In this document: positions 18,096 to 27,751 of the stretch, one piece after another
How the letters are laid out: each line of letters begins with the position of its first letter
Numbering within the stretch: position 1 is the stretch's first letter
Source: Dehalococcoidia bacterium
Lineage (GTDB): Bacteria; Chloroflexota; Dehalococcoidia; UBA2979
NCBI GenBank assembly: GCA_965219085.1
Contig: OZ244720.1
Span: 2,976,001 to 3,040,000 of the forward strand
Direction: 5' to 3'
Length of the DNA: 64,000 bases
The notes under the pieces: generated by a model
What the model was told of the DNA's origin: nothing
The model's input: only the letters and a program-made list of their open reading frames with translations
The model's database searches: none
Made by a program: the position numbers and the translations under genes

Positions 18096-19576
18096 TCGAC
18101 GACTCGATCCGCGTCGCACTGCCTCGAGGCGACCTGCGCGCGCCGCTGGCCGAGCGGCTGGCGGCCGTGAACTTCGCGCCGCCCGGCTACAGCGAGGGCT
18201 CGCGCGCCTACCGCTTCACCGTCGAGGGCCGCCCGCGTGTCGCGGTGCGCGTGTTTTCAGACGAGGACATCCCGATCCAGATCGCCCTCGGCCAGTACGA
18301 CCTCGGGATCACCACCCGCTCCTCGATCGACGAGTTGGTGACGCGCTACGGCCACGACTCGATCGTCTCGTTGCGCGCGCTCGATGTCGGCGAGGCGCGC
18401 GTGGTGCTCGCCGCGCCGGCGGGGACGACGGTGTCGGAGTTGGGCGTGCTGCGTCCGCTGCGCGTCGCCACGACGTTCCCGCACCTCACCGCGCAGTACC
18501 TGAACTGGCTGCGCGTACCCGACTACCGGCTGATCGAGGTCTGGGGCCAGCCCCAGGCGTGGCCGCCGGAAGACGCCGACGCCGCCGTGCTCGCCGTCCC
18601 GGGACGAGAGGGGCCGCCGGCGGTCCTCGAACGTGAGGGCCTCGATGTGGTCGCCGAGGTACACCGCGGCTCGGCATGGCTTGTCGCGAACCGCCACGCC
18701 CTCGGCGAGCATGACCTGCGCGAGGCGCTCGACGCGCTGCTGCAGCTGCCCGCACGTCCGCAGGCGCCGGTCAGCGTGCGCTACGGCCCGCTGCGGCCGA
18801 CGCCGCTCGTGCAGCGTCGCGCAGGCGGCGCGCGGCCGGCGGACGGCGACGGGCGCGACGGCGCGTTGCGCCTCGCGGTGCCGGACGGCCACGCGCAGCG
18901 GCACACCGTGGAGGCGCTCGCGGCCGCGGGCATCGCGTTCGACGGCTACGACGAAGCACAGGCCGTCCGCCGGCCGCGCTCGGCCATCGAGGGTGTCACG
19001 GTGAAGGTGATCCGCCCGCAGGACATGCCGCAGGCGGTGGCCCTCGGACGGTTCGACGTGGCGTTGACCGGTCGCGACTGGCTGGCGACACACCTCGCCG
19101 CGTTCCCGGCGTCGCCGGTCGTCGAACTGTGCGACCTGCACCGCAGCCGCTACCGGATGGGCGCGGTCGTGTCGGAGGACGTGCCGGCCAACACCATCCC
19201 CGAGGCGGTCGCGTACTGGCGGCGCGACGACCCGGGCCGCGCGATCCGCGTCGCCTCGGAGTACGTCGAACTGGCCGACCACTACGCGCGCGAACGGCAC
19301 CTCGGACGGTACCGTGTGATCCCGATCGGCGGCGCGTCCGAGGGCTTCGTGCCAGACGACGCGGAGATATTGATCGAGGGTTCCGAGACGGGGACCACCC
19401 TGCGCGCCAACCGGCTCCGTATGATCGACGTGATCATGGAATCGACGAACTGCGCCATCGGCTCGACGATCCGCCCGCCGGGGGCGCGCGGCGAGCTGCG
19501 CGACCGGCTGGTGGAGCGCCTCGCCGCGGCCGCCCCGCCCCCCGCCCCGTCACCTGGCGGCGGCGGGCCGGCGTAG
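18092..19576 (+). CDS. hisG: ATP phosphoribosyltransferase, tandem duplicated catalytic domain
   Basis: Two HisG units (VALPRG..DIP..YDLGIT..VATTFP; LAVPDG..RPQDMP..FDVALTGRD..VASEY..ETGTTLRANRL). Confidence 0.88.
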   Translation: MIDDSIRVALPRGDLRAPLAERLAAVNFAPPGYSEGSRAYRFTVEGRPRVAVRVFSDEDIPIQIALGQYDLGITTRSSIDELVTRYGHDSIVSLRALDVGEARVVLAAPAGTTVSELGVLRPLRVATTFPHLTAQYLNWLRVPDYRLIEVWGQPQAWPPEDADAAVLAVPGREGPPAVLEREGLDVVAEVHRGSAWLVANRHALGEHDLREALDALLQLPARPQAPVSVRYGPLRPTPLVQRRAGGARPADGDGRDGALRLAVPDGHAQRHTVEALAAAGIAFDGYDEAQAVRRPRSAIEGVTVKVIRPQDMPQAVALGRFDVALTGRDWLATHLAAFPASPVVELCDLHRSRYRMGAVVSEDVPANTIPEAVAYWRRDDPGRAIRVASEYVELADHYARERHLGRYRVIPIGGASEGFVPDDAEILIEGSETGTTLRANRLRMIDVIMESTNCAIGSTIRPPGARGELRDRLVERLAAAAPPPAPSPGGGGPA

Positions 19577-19600
19577 CCGGCAGGCGCGAGGAGGAGCCGT

Positions 19601-20356
19601 ATGCCCTCGCTCGGATCGCACCTGACCAGCGCCTACGGGCTGGCCGCGCGCCTGGGCACGCCGCACATCGACGCCGACCGCGGCGCCTACTACCTCGGCT
19701 CGACGGCGCCGGACATGCGCATCCTCATGCGCGTCGACCGCAAGCTGACGCACTTCTTCGAACTCAGCGACTTCGAGCCGCAGGACTCGATTGCGCGCAT
19801 GTTCGAGGCGCACCCGGATCTCGGCGACGCGGTCGCGCTCGACCCGGCGATGCGCGCGTTCATCGCCGGCTACATGACGCACCTGCTCATGGACGAGCAC
19901 TACATCCAGAGCGTCTACCGCGTCCACTTCGGCGAGCGCTCCCCGCTGGGCGGCGACCTGTGGGCGAACGTCCTCGACCGCTCGCTGCAGTACGAGATGA
20001 ACCGCCGCGAGCTGGAGGACGACGCCGCGCTCGCCGACGTGCGCACCGCCATCGACGCCTCGCAGTCCGCGGTCGGCGTGCCGTTCATCGAGGAGGAGCT
20101 GTGGCCGGAGTGGCGCGACTTCACGCGCGGCATCACGCACCAGCGCCCGGACTTCGAGCGCTTCCCACGCGTGATGCAGATCCACCTCCGCCGCGTCGGC
20201 TTCTCCGACGAGCGGATCGAGGAGATCGGCAACGATCCGCCGCAGATCATCAACGAGGCGTTCGAGGCCGTGAGCGAGGAGCGCGTCGCCGAGTACATCG
20301 AGGAGGCGACGGAGCTCGCCTTCGACCGCCTGCGCGAGTACCTGCCGGCCCCATGA
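19601..20356 (+). CDS. Zinc-dependent phospholipase C-like protein
   Basis: N-terminal MPSLGSH, LGSTAPD, THF, GYMTHLLMD. Confidence 0.75.
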   Translation: MPSLGSHLTSAYGLAARLGTPHIDADRGAYYLGSTAPDMRILMRVDRKLTHFFELSDFEPQDSIARMFEAHPDLGDAVALDPAMRAFIAGYMTHLLMDEHYIQSVYRVHFGERSPLGGDLWANVLDRSLQYEMNRRELEDDAALADVRTAIDASQSAVGVPFIEEELWPEWRDFTRGITHQRPDFERFPRVMQIHLRRVGFSDERIEEIGNDPPQIINEAFEAVSEERVAEYIEEATELAFDRLREYLPAP

Positions 20357-21696
20357 CCGCCCAGGCCCTCGCGCTCCGCATCGTCGAGGGCGCCGAGGCG
20401 GCGCGCGAGAGCGTGCTGCGTCGCGACCCCGCTGGCGCGTCCGAGCTTCCCGAGCCCGTGCGCGCCTCGATCCGCGAGACGTTCGGCGCCGACCTGACCG
20501 CCGACGAGGTCGTCGCGCGCATCGTCGAGGACGTGCGCCGCGAGGGTGACGCCGCCGTGCGCCGCTACTCGCAACGCTTCGACGGCTCGGCCGACGCGCC
20601 GATGGAAGTTAGCGCCGAGGAGTTCGAGGCCGCGCTCGACGAGGCCGGGCACGACCTCGTCGAGTCGCTGCGCTACGCCGCCGAGCGTGTGCGCGTCTTC
20701 CACGAGCTACAGCTCGAGCACGGGCCGCAGTCGTTCCTCTATGAAGGGCTGGGCCAGACGGTTCGGCCGATCGAGCGCGCCGGCATCTACATGGCGGGCA
20801 GCGTGGCCGTGCTGCCGTCGTCGGTGCTGCACACCGCCGTCCCCGGCGTCGTCGCCGGAGTGCCGGAGCTCGTCGGCGTGACCGCCGCACGGCCCGATGG
20901 CAGCGTGCACCCGCTCAAGCTCGTCGCCGCCTCGATCGCCGGGGTGCAGCGCGTGTTCCGCGCCTCGGGCGCGCAGGCGATGGCCGCGCTGGCGCTCGGC
21001 ACCGAGTCGATCCCGCGCGTCGACAAGCTCTTCGGCCCCGGCAACCTCTTCGTCACGCTCGCCAAGCGCCAGCTGTTCGGCGAAGTGGGCATCGACGCGC
21101 TCTACGGCCCGACCGAGACGCTCGTGCTCGCCGACGCCGACGCGCCGCCCGACCTCTGCGCCGCCGACCTGCTCGCGCAGGCCGAACACGACGCCCTGGC
21201 CACGCCGCTGCTCATCACCACCAGCCTCGAACTGGCCGAACACGTGCAGATCGCCGTCGAGGAGCAACTCGCGACCCTCGCTCGCGGCGAGATCGCCCGA
21301 GCGGCGATCGAGCGCGGCGGCGCCGCCGTCGTCGAGGACCTCGACGAGGCGATCGAGTTGGCCAACGCGTTCGCGCCGGAGCACCTCTGCATCCTCACCA
21401 GCGACCCCGGCGCGGTGGCCGACCGCGTGACCAGCGCCGGCGGCGTGTTCGTCGGCGAGCACTCGCCCGAGGTGCTCGGCGACTACGTCGCCGGGCCGAG
21501 CCACGTCATGCCGACGGGTGGCTCGGCGCGCTACGCCTCGCCGCTGTCGGTGCTCGACTTCCTGAAGGTCACCTCCGTCGTGGCGCTCCCCGACGACGCG
21601 CTCGAGTCCCTCGGGCCGCACGCCGCGCGGCTCGCGCGCGCCGAGGGGCTCACCGGCCACGCGCGCTCGATCGAGCGCCGGCTGGAAGGCTTCTGA
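20353..21696 (+). CDS. hisD: Histidinol dehydrogenase
   Basis: GPGNLFVTLAK, GPTE, DLLAQAEH, APEHL, GDYVAGPSHVMPT. Confidence 0.96.
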   Translation: MTAQALALRIVEGAEAARESVLRRDPAGASELPEPVRASIRETFGADLTADEVVARIVEDVRREGDAAVRRYSQRFDGSADAPMEVSAEEFEAALDEAGHDLVESLRYAAERVRVFHELQLEHGPQSFLYEGLGQTVRPIERAGIYMAGSVAVLPSSVLHTAVPGVVAGVPELVGVTAARPDGSVHPLKLVAASIAGVQRVFRASGAQAMAALALGTESIPRVDKLFGPGNLFVTLAKRQLFGEVGIDALYGPTETLVLADADAPPDLCAADLLAQAEHDALATPLLITTSLELAEHVQIAVEEQLATLARGEIARAAIERGGAAVVEDLDEAIELANAFAPEHLCILTSDPGAVADRVTSAGGVFVGEHSPEVLGDYVAGPSHVMPTGGSARYASPLSVLDFLKVTSVVALPDDALESLGPHAARLARAEGLTGHARSIERRLEGF

Positions 21697-22844
21697 TGTC
21701 CGGCCGCTTCGACCTCGACGCCGCGCTACGCCCCGCGCTCCGTGACATGGACGGCTATGAGCCAATCGAGCCGCCCGAGGAGGCCGCGGCGCGCTACGGC
21801 GTCGCGCCCGGGGACGTCGTGAAGCTCGATGGCAACGAGAACCCGTACGGCCCCTCGCCACTCGCGCGCAAGGCGCTCGCGGGTGGCTACGAGGCGCACC
21901 GCTACCCCGACCCCGACCAGCGCCGCCTGCGCGCCGCGCTCGCCGCGAGGCACGCAATTCCCGAGGCGAGCATCGTCGCGGGGGCAGGGGCCGACGAGCT
22001 GATCGACCTCGTGTTCCGCGTCTTCGTCGACCCCGGCGACCGCATCGTGATCGCCTCGCCGACGTTCGGGATGTACGGCTTCGGCGCGCGCCTCTATGGC
22101 GCGACGCTCGTCGACGCACCCCGGCACGAGGCCGACTGGAGCCTCGACGCCGACGCGCTGGTTGAGGCCGCCGGGGGGGCGAAGGCGGTCTTCATCCCCT
22201 CGCCCAACAACCCGACGGGCGGGCTGCTCCCGCCGGACGTGCGCGACCGGCTGCTCGCCAGCGGCGCACTGCTCGTCGTCGACGAGGCGTACATCGAGTT
22301 CGCGCACGGCGAGTCGCTGGTGGAGTGGGCGGCCTCGGGCGACGCGCCGCTGATCGTGCTGCGCACGTTCAGCAAGTGGGCCGGCCTCGCCGGCCTGCGC
22401 GTCGGCTACGGCGTGATGCCGGGGCCGATCGCCGACGCGTTCATGCAGTGGAAGCAGCCCTACGGCGTGAACCTCGCCGCCGAGGCCGCCGCCATCGCAT
22501 CGATCGAGGACGCGATGCTGCTCGACGAGCGGGCGTGCGAAATCGCCGGCGAGCGTGAGCGGCTGGAAGCCCTCCTGCGCGAGGACGGCTGGCTCGAACC
22601 CACGTCGTCTGAAGCCAACTTCCTGCTGTGCCGCATGTCGGATCGCCTCGGCGGTGACGGGGCAGCGCTGCGCGAGGCCCTGGCACGCCGAGGGGTGTTC
22701 GTGCGCTTCTTCAGCGACCCGCGACTGCGCCGCCACGTGCGCATCTCCGCGGGCACACCTGCCGACACCAATCGAGTGCTCGCCGCCCTGGACGAGGCGG
22801 GCCGCGAACTGGAAGGACCAACTTCTGGAGGGGGGGCGCGATGA
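21696..22844 (+). CDS. hisC: Histidinol-phosphate aminotransferase
   Basis: KLDGNENP, RYPD, SPNNPTG, VDEAY, RTFSKWAGLAGLRVGY. Confidence 0.95.
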   Translation: MSGRFDLDAALRPALRDMDGYEPIEPPEEAAARYGVAPGDVVKLDGNENPYGPSPLARKALAGGYEAHRYPDPDQRRLRAALAARHAIPEASIVAGAGADELIDLVFRVFVDPGDRIVIASPTFGMYGFGARLYGATLVDAPRHEADWSLDADALVEAAGGAKAVFIPSPNNPTGGLLPPDVRDRLLASGALLVVDEAYIEFAHGESLVEWAASGDAPLIVLRTFSKWAGLAGLRVGYGVMPGPIADAFMQWKQPYGVNLAAEAAAIASIEDAMLLDERACEIAGERERLEALLREDGWLEPTSSEANFLLCRMSDRLGGDGAALREALARRGVFVRFFSDPRLRRHVRISAGTPADTNRVLAALDEAGRELEGPTSGGGAR

Positions 22845-23440
22845 GCGAACGCCGCGCGACCGTGAACCGCGACACGGCGGAGACGCGCATCCACGTCGAA
22901 CTCGACGTCGACGGGACGGGCGAGGCGCGCGTCGGCAGCGGCGTGGGGTTCTACGACCACATGCTCGAGGCGTTCGCGAAGCACGGCCGCTTCGACCTGC
23001 ACCTCAGCTGCGAGGGCGACCTGCATGTCGACGAGCACCACACGATGGAGGACTGCGCGCTCGCCCTCGGCGCCGCGTTCGACGAGGCGCTCGGCGACCG
23101 CGCGGGCCTCGTGCGCATGGGCGACTCGACGGTGCCGCTCGACGAGGCGCTCGTGCAGGCCGTGGTCGACCTCTCGGGGCGGCCGTACGCGGCGATCGGG
23201 CTCACGTGGGTGGGCGAGCGAGTCGGCGAGGCGACGACGCAGATGATCACGCACGCGCTGCACAGCTTCGCGCAGGGCGCGCGCATCGCCCTCCACGTCC
23301 GCCAGCTCGCGGGCGCCAACGACCACCACATCGCCGAGGCGGCCTTCAAGGCGCTCGGCCGCGCCCTCGACGCCGCGACGCAACTCGACCCGCGCATCGC
23401 GGGCGAGGTGCCGAGCACGAAGGGCACGCTGACGACGTGA
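22841..23440 (+). CDS. hisB: Imidazoleglycerol-phosphate dehydratase
   Basis: GDLHVDEHHTMED, NDHHIAEAAFKA, PSTKG. Confidence 0.97.
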   Translation: MSERRATVNRDTAETRIHVELDVDGTGEARVGSGVGFYDHMLEAFAKHGRFDLHLSCEGDLHVDEHHTMEDCALALGAAFDEALGDRAGLVRMGDSTVPLDEALVQAVVDLSGRPYAAIGLTWVGERVGEATTQMITHALHSFAQGARIALHVRQLAGANDHHIAEAAFKALGRALDAATQLDPRIAGEVPSTKGTLTT

Positions 23441-24345
23441 GTGAGGTCGTGAGCGGCGACGGCGACCTCGAACGCGACGAACCGCGAGGCCGCGTCTACC
23501 TCGCAGACGGCGTCGAGGTCGCGCGCACGCTCGCCGACGGCTCGGTCGACCTCGTGTACCTCGACCCGCCGTTCAACACCGGCCGGCGGCAGACGCGCGA
23601 GCAACTGCGCACGCGCCGCCTTCCGGAAGGCGCCGAGGACGGCGCGGGCGACCGCACCGGCTTCGGCGGCCGGCGCTACGCGACGGAGCGGATCGGCAGC
23701 CGCTCCTTCGACGACGCCTACGACGACTACCTGGCGTTCCTCGAACCGTTCCTCGTCGAGGCGCAGCGCGTGCTCGCGCCGATGGGGAGCCTCTACCTGC
23801 ACCTCGACTACCGCGAGGTGCACTACGCCAAGGTGCTGGCCGACGAGGTGTTCGGTCGGGCCAACTTCGTCAACGAGATCATCTGGGCGTACGACTACGG
23901 CGCGCGCCCGAAGCGCCGCTGGCCAGCGAAGCACGACAATATCCTGTTCTACGCGAAGGACGCCGCGCGGAACGTCTTCAACGTCGACGACATCGAGCGC
24001 ATCCCGTACATGGCGCCTGGCCTCGTCGGCCCCGAGAAGGCGGCGCGCGGCAAGCTCCCGACCGACACGTGGTGGCACACCATCGTCAGCCCGACGGGCC
24101 GCGAGAAGCTGGGCTACCCGACGCAGAAGCCGCTGGGCGTCCTCGAACGCATCGTGCGCGCCTCCTCGCCGCCGGGCGGCCTCGTCGCGGACTTCGTGGC
24201 GGGGTCCGGCACGACGGGCGAGGCAGCGCTCCGCCACGGCCGCCGCTTCGTCCTCGCGGACCACTCGCCAGAGGCCGTCGAGGTGATGCGTCGCCGGTTC
24301 GCGGGGTGCGAGGCGGTGGCGTTCTGCGAGGGGGCCGAGGCCTGA
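23437..24345 (+). CDS. Site-specific DNA methyltransferase (N6A/N4C, beta class)
   Basis: YLDPPF precedes YPTQKP and DFVAGSGTT. Confidence 0.9.
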   Translation: MSEVVSGDGDLERDEPRGRVYLADGVEVARTLADGSVDLVYLDPPFNTGRRQTREQLRTRRLPEGAEDGAGDRTGFGGRRYATERIGSRSFDDAYDDYLAFLEPFLVEAQRVLAPMGSLYLHLDYREVHYAKVLADEVFGRANFVNEIIWAYDYGARPKRRWPAKHDNILFYAKDAARNVFNVDDIERIPYMAPGLVGPEKAARGKLPTDTWWHTIVSPTGREKLGYPTQKPLGVLERIVRASSPPGGLVADFVAGSGTTGEAALRHGRRFVLADHSPEAVEVMRRRFAGCEAVAFCEGAEA

Positions 24346-25130
24346 TGCACGATCGCTACGCGGGCGACATCGGCGACTTCGGCAAGTACGGCCTGCTGCG
24401 CGCACTGTGCGGCGAGGACGAGCACAGTCCGGCGCTCAGACTCGGCGTGTTGTGGTACCGGTTCGAGGGAGACGAACGCGAGTCACCTGGCGACGGGAAG
24501 CGCATCGACTACCTCGATCCGCCCGACGAGCGTCTGCGTGAGTGCGATCCATACCTGTCTGGACTGATGCACGAGGTGGTCTACGGCCGAGACAGGTCGA
24601 TCGTGAGCGTGGAGAAGAGTGGTGCTCTGCCCGGAGGCGCCACCTTTCACAGCGAGTCGTTGACCTTCCCGGCCCCGGAACGCCGCAGCGAACGGGAGGC
24701 CAAGAGGTGGAACTGGATCGCGAGCGGTCTCGACCTGGTGAAGGACGCCGATCTGGTGTTCGCCGATCCCGACAACGGGCTCGAAATCCCAAGCATGGAT
24801 CCGTTGCTGGCCAAGGGACCCAAGTACGCCTCCTACGACGACCTGATCCCCTGCTGGGATCGCGGCCAAAGCCTGATCATCTACCAGCACGCGACGCGCG
24901 GCGGAGGTGGCATGGGCCTGCAGATCGCCCAGTGCATCGAGGGACTCCGCGAGCACTTCGACGACCTCCCCGATCCAGTCGTGCTGCGCTGGCGGCGCAT
25001 GAGTGCCCGTGCGTACTTCATCCTCCCCGCGCCGGAGCAGGCCGATCGGCTGAGCGCCCGAGTACAGGACGTCCTCGACTCTGAGTGGGGACTGCGCGTG
25101 CACTTCACGCGCTACGTTCCGTACCCATGA
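24345..25130 (+). CDS. Hypothetical protein, possible Rossmann/MTase-like fold
   Basis: YAGDIGDFGKYGLL, LVFADPDNG; lower GC; coupled to both neighbours. Confidence 0.7.
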   Translation: MHDRYAGDIGDFGKYGLLRALCGEDEHSPALRLGVLWYRFEGDERESPGDGKRIDYLDPPDERLRECDPYLSGLMHEVVYGRDRSIVSVEKSGALPGGATFHSESLTFPAPERRSEREAKRWNWIASGLDLVKDADLVFADPDNGLEIPSMDPLLAKGPKYASYDDLIPCWDRGQSLIIYQHATRGGGGMGLQIAQCIEGLREHFDDLPDPVVLRWRRMSARAYFILPAPEQADRLSARVQDVLDSEWGLRVHFTRYVPYP

Positions 25131-25936
25131 CCACGCTACGTACCGCCGACCTGCTCGCCTTCGCCCTCTCCCTCGCCGACGCCGCCGACGCGATCGCGAT
25201 GCGCGACTACCGCACCGACCACGCCGTCGAGCGCAAGGACGACGGCACGTTCGTCACGCCCGCCGACCGTGAGATCGAGGCGCTGCTGCGCGAGCGCATC
25301 GCCGAGGCGTACCCGGGCCACGCCGTGCTCGGCGAGGAGCAAGGCGGCGACGGGGGTGGGGACGCCGAGGCGCGCTGGATCCTCGACCCCATCGACGGGA
25401 CGCATAACTACATGCGCGGTGTGCCGATCTGGGCCACGCTCATCGGCTGCGAGCGCGCCGGGACCATCGAGGTCGGCGTGGTCTCCGCGCCCGCGCTCGG
25501 CACGCGCTGGTGGGCGGGCAGGGGCCTCGGCGCGTACAGGGGTTCGACCGGAGGTAGGTCCGGCGCGGGCGATCGCATCCACGTCTCCGATGTCGCGACG
25601 GTGGCCGAGGCGCAGGTGCTTGTCGGCGAGCTCGTTTCAACCCTCGAGCGCTGGCCGGGGGCGCGGGCGCTGCTCGCCGACGCCTGGCGCGTACGCGCGC
25701 CGGGCGACTTCTGGGGCTTCTGCCTCGTCGCCGAGGGCGCTGCCGAGGTGATGCTCGAGGGTGTCGACCTGCACCCGTGGGACCTCGCCGCGCTCATCCC
25801 GATCGTCGAGGAGGCGGGTGGCCGCCTCACCGACGCCGAGGGCGGCCCTCTGCAGGGTGCGGGCCCGGTCGTCGCCGCGAACGGGCGGCTGCACGACGAG
25901 GTGATGCGACGCCTCGCCGGCACCGGAGCGACATAA
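25127..25936 (+). CDS. hisN: Histidinol-phosphatase, inositol monophosphatase family
   Basis: VTPADREIE, LGEE, WILDPIDGT, GDFWG, PWDLAA; his operon context. Confidence 0.88.
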   Translation: MTTLRTADLLAFALSLADAADAIAMRDYRTDHAVERKDDGTFVTPADREIEALLRERIAEAYPGHAVLGEEQGGDGGGDAEARWILDPIDGTHNYMRGVPIWATLIGCERAGTIEVGVVSAPALGTRWWAGRGLGAYRGSTGGRSGAGDRIHVSDVATVAEAQVLVGELVSTLERWPGARALLADAWRVRAPGDFWGFCLVAEGAAEVMLEGVDLHPWDLAALIPIVEEAGGRLTDAEGGPLQGAGPVVAANGRLHDEVMRRLAGTGAT

Positions 25937-26067
25937 GCCCGCAGTCCGGCGGCAACGCCCCGATACCCCGTCGCAAACGCTACAATCCGCGCGTCGCCAC
26001 GCCCCGATCGGGCGTGCCCCGGTCGGTCTGCCTCTCCGCGCGCGCGACGACGGCAGAGGAAACCTCG

Positions 26068-27468
26068 ATGCTGACGAACGCGCTCTCGCGACGGCGGCCC
26101 GCGGCTCTCCTCGCCGCCTCGGGCGTCCTTGCCCTCGTCCTCTTTCTGCTGATGTCAGGCCGGGCCTACGCGCAGGAGCAGGCGGTCGGGGACGAGCTGC
26201 AGTTCATCCTCAACACGTTCTCGTTCCTGATCTGGGGCGCGCTCGTGATGTGGATGTGCGCGGGCTTCACCATGCTCGAGTCGGGCTCGGTGCGCACCAA
26301 GAACGCGTCGATGATCTGCCTCAAGAACATCGGCCTCTACTCGATTGCCGGGCTGGCCTACTTCTTCATCGGCTACAACCTGATGTACGTCGACATCGTT
26401 GGCGGCGTGATCGGCTCCTTCCACCTGCTCTACGGGCCGACCTCGGCGGAGATCGCACTCGTGGGCGGCGAGGGCGACGCAGCGGCCGTCGTCGCGAGCG
26501 CCGACTACTCGACGATGTCGGACTGGTTCTTCCAGATGGTGTTTGTGGCGACGGCCGCCTCGATCGTCTCGGGTGCGCTGGCCGAGCGGGTCCGGATGTG
26601 GACGTTCTTCCTGTTCGTCCTGATCCTCACCGCCGTCATCTACCCGATCGTCGGCGCGTGGACGTGGGGCGGCGGCTGGCTGGACGAGCTCGAGTTCCAG
26701 GACTTCGCCGGCTCGACCATCGTGCACGGCGTCGGCGGCTGGGCCGCACTCGCCGGCGTGCTCGTGGTCGGCCCGAGGCTGGGCAAGTTCCGCCGCGACG
26801 GCACGCCGCGGCCGACGCCGCCCTCGAACATCCTGGTGGTGACGCTGGGCGTCTTCATCCTGTGGTTCGGGTGGTTCGGATTCAACGGCGGATCACAGCT
26901 CGCGCTGGGTAGCGCCGGCGACGCGGTGGCGATGAGCCACGTGCTGGTCAACACGAACCTCGCGGCGTGCGCGGGGGTGATGGCCGCGCTCGTTGGGTCG
27001 CGCTACATCCTCGGCCGCATGGACCTGTTCGCCGGCCTCAACGGCGCGATCGCCGGGCTCGTCTCGATCACGGCGGGGCCCGACATCACCGAGCACTACT
27101 GGGCGGTGATCATCGGCGCGGTCGGCGGTCTGATCTGCACCGCCGGGCTCAAGCTGTTCGAGCGCCTGCAGCTCGACGACGTGGTCGGAGCGGTGCCCGC
27201 GCACCTCTTCGCCGGCATCTGGGGCACCCTCGCCGCCTCGATCGTGGCGGGGGCGAGCATCGGCGTGCAGCTGCTCGGCGTGGTGTCGGTCGGCGCGTTC
27301 GTGTTCGGGACGTCGTGGGTGCTGTGGCAGGGGCTCGCGAGGACGCTCGGCATCCGCGTGGCGCCGGCCGTCGAGCGGCTCGGGCAGGACGCGGGCGAGC
27401 TGGGCATCGAGGCGTACCCGGAGTTCGTGCTGATGCCCGAGGAGTTCTACGACGACGGCGAGGAGTAG
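26068..27468 (+). CDS. amtB: Ammonium transporter
   Basis: FFQMVF, DFAGSTIVH, WFGWFGFNGGS, DDVVGAVPAH. Confidence 0.95.
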   Translation: MLTNALSRRRPAALLAASGVLALVLFLLMSGRAYAQEQAVGDELQFILNTFSFLIWGALVMWMCAGFTMLESGSVRTKNASMICLKNIGLYSIAGLAYFFIGYNLMYVDIVGGVIGSFHLLYGPTSAEIALVGGEGDAAAVVASADYSTMSDWFFQMVFVATAASIVSGALAERVRMWTFFLFVLILTAVIYPIVGAWTWGGGWLDELEFQDFAGSTIVHGVGGWAALAGVLVVGPRLGKFRRDGTPRPTPPSNILVVTLGVFILWFGWFGFNGGSQLALGSAGDAVAMSHVLVNTNLAACAGVMAALVGSRYILGRMDLFAGLNGAIAGLVSITAGPDITEHYWAVIIGAVGGLICTAGLKLFERLQLDDVVGAVPAHLFAGIWGTLAASIVAGASIGVQLLGVVSVGAFVFGTSWVLWQGLARTLGIRVAPAVERLGQDAGELGIEAYPEFVLMPEEFYDDGEE

Positions 27469-27484
27469 CCGTCGCGGGCGAGCG

Positions 27485-27751
27485 CTATCCGGCGCTCTCG
27501 ACCTGGGCCACCTCGAGCTCGAAGTCCTCGATCACCGGGTTGGCGAGCAGCCGCTCGCACATCTCCCGCGCCGTCGCCGCCGCCGCCGCCTCGTCGGGGG
27601 CGTCGAGGGTGACCTCGATGCGCTTGCCGACGCGCACCGACTGCACGCCGTCGTAGCCGAGGTCGCGCAGGCCGCCGGCCACGGCGAGGCCCTGCGGGTC
27701 GTTGACGAGCGGCTTGAGCATCACGCGGATGCTCGCGAGGTACGTCGTCAC
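27485..27751 (-). CDS. purS: FGAM synthase subunit PurS
   Basis: LKPLVNDPQG, VRVGK, LLANPVIE. Confidence 0.95.
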   Translation of the reverse strand: MTTYLASIRVMLKPLVNDPQGLAVAGGLRDLGYDGVQSVRVGKRIEVTLDAPDEAAAAATAREMCERLLANPVIEDFELEVAQVESAG

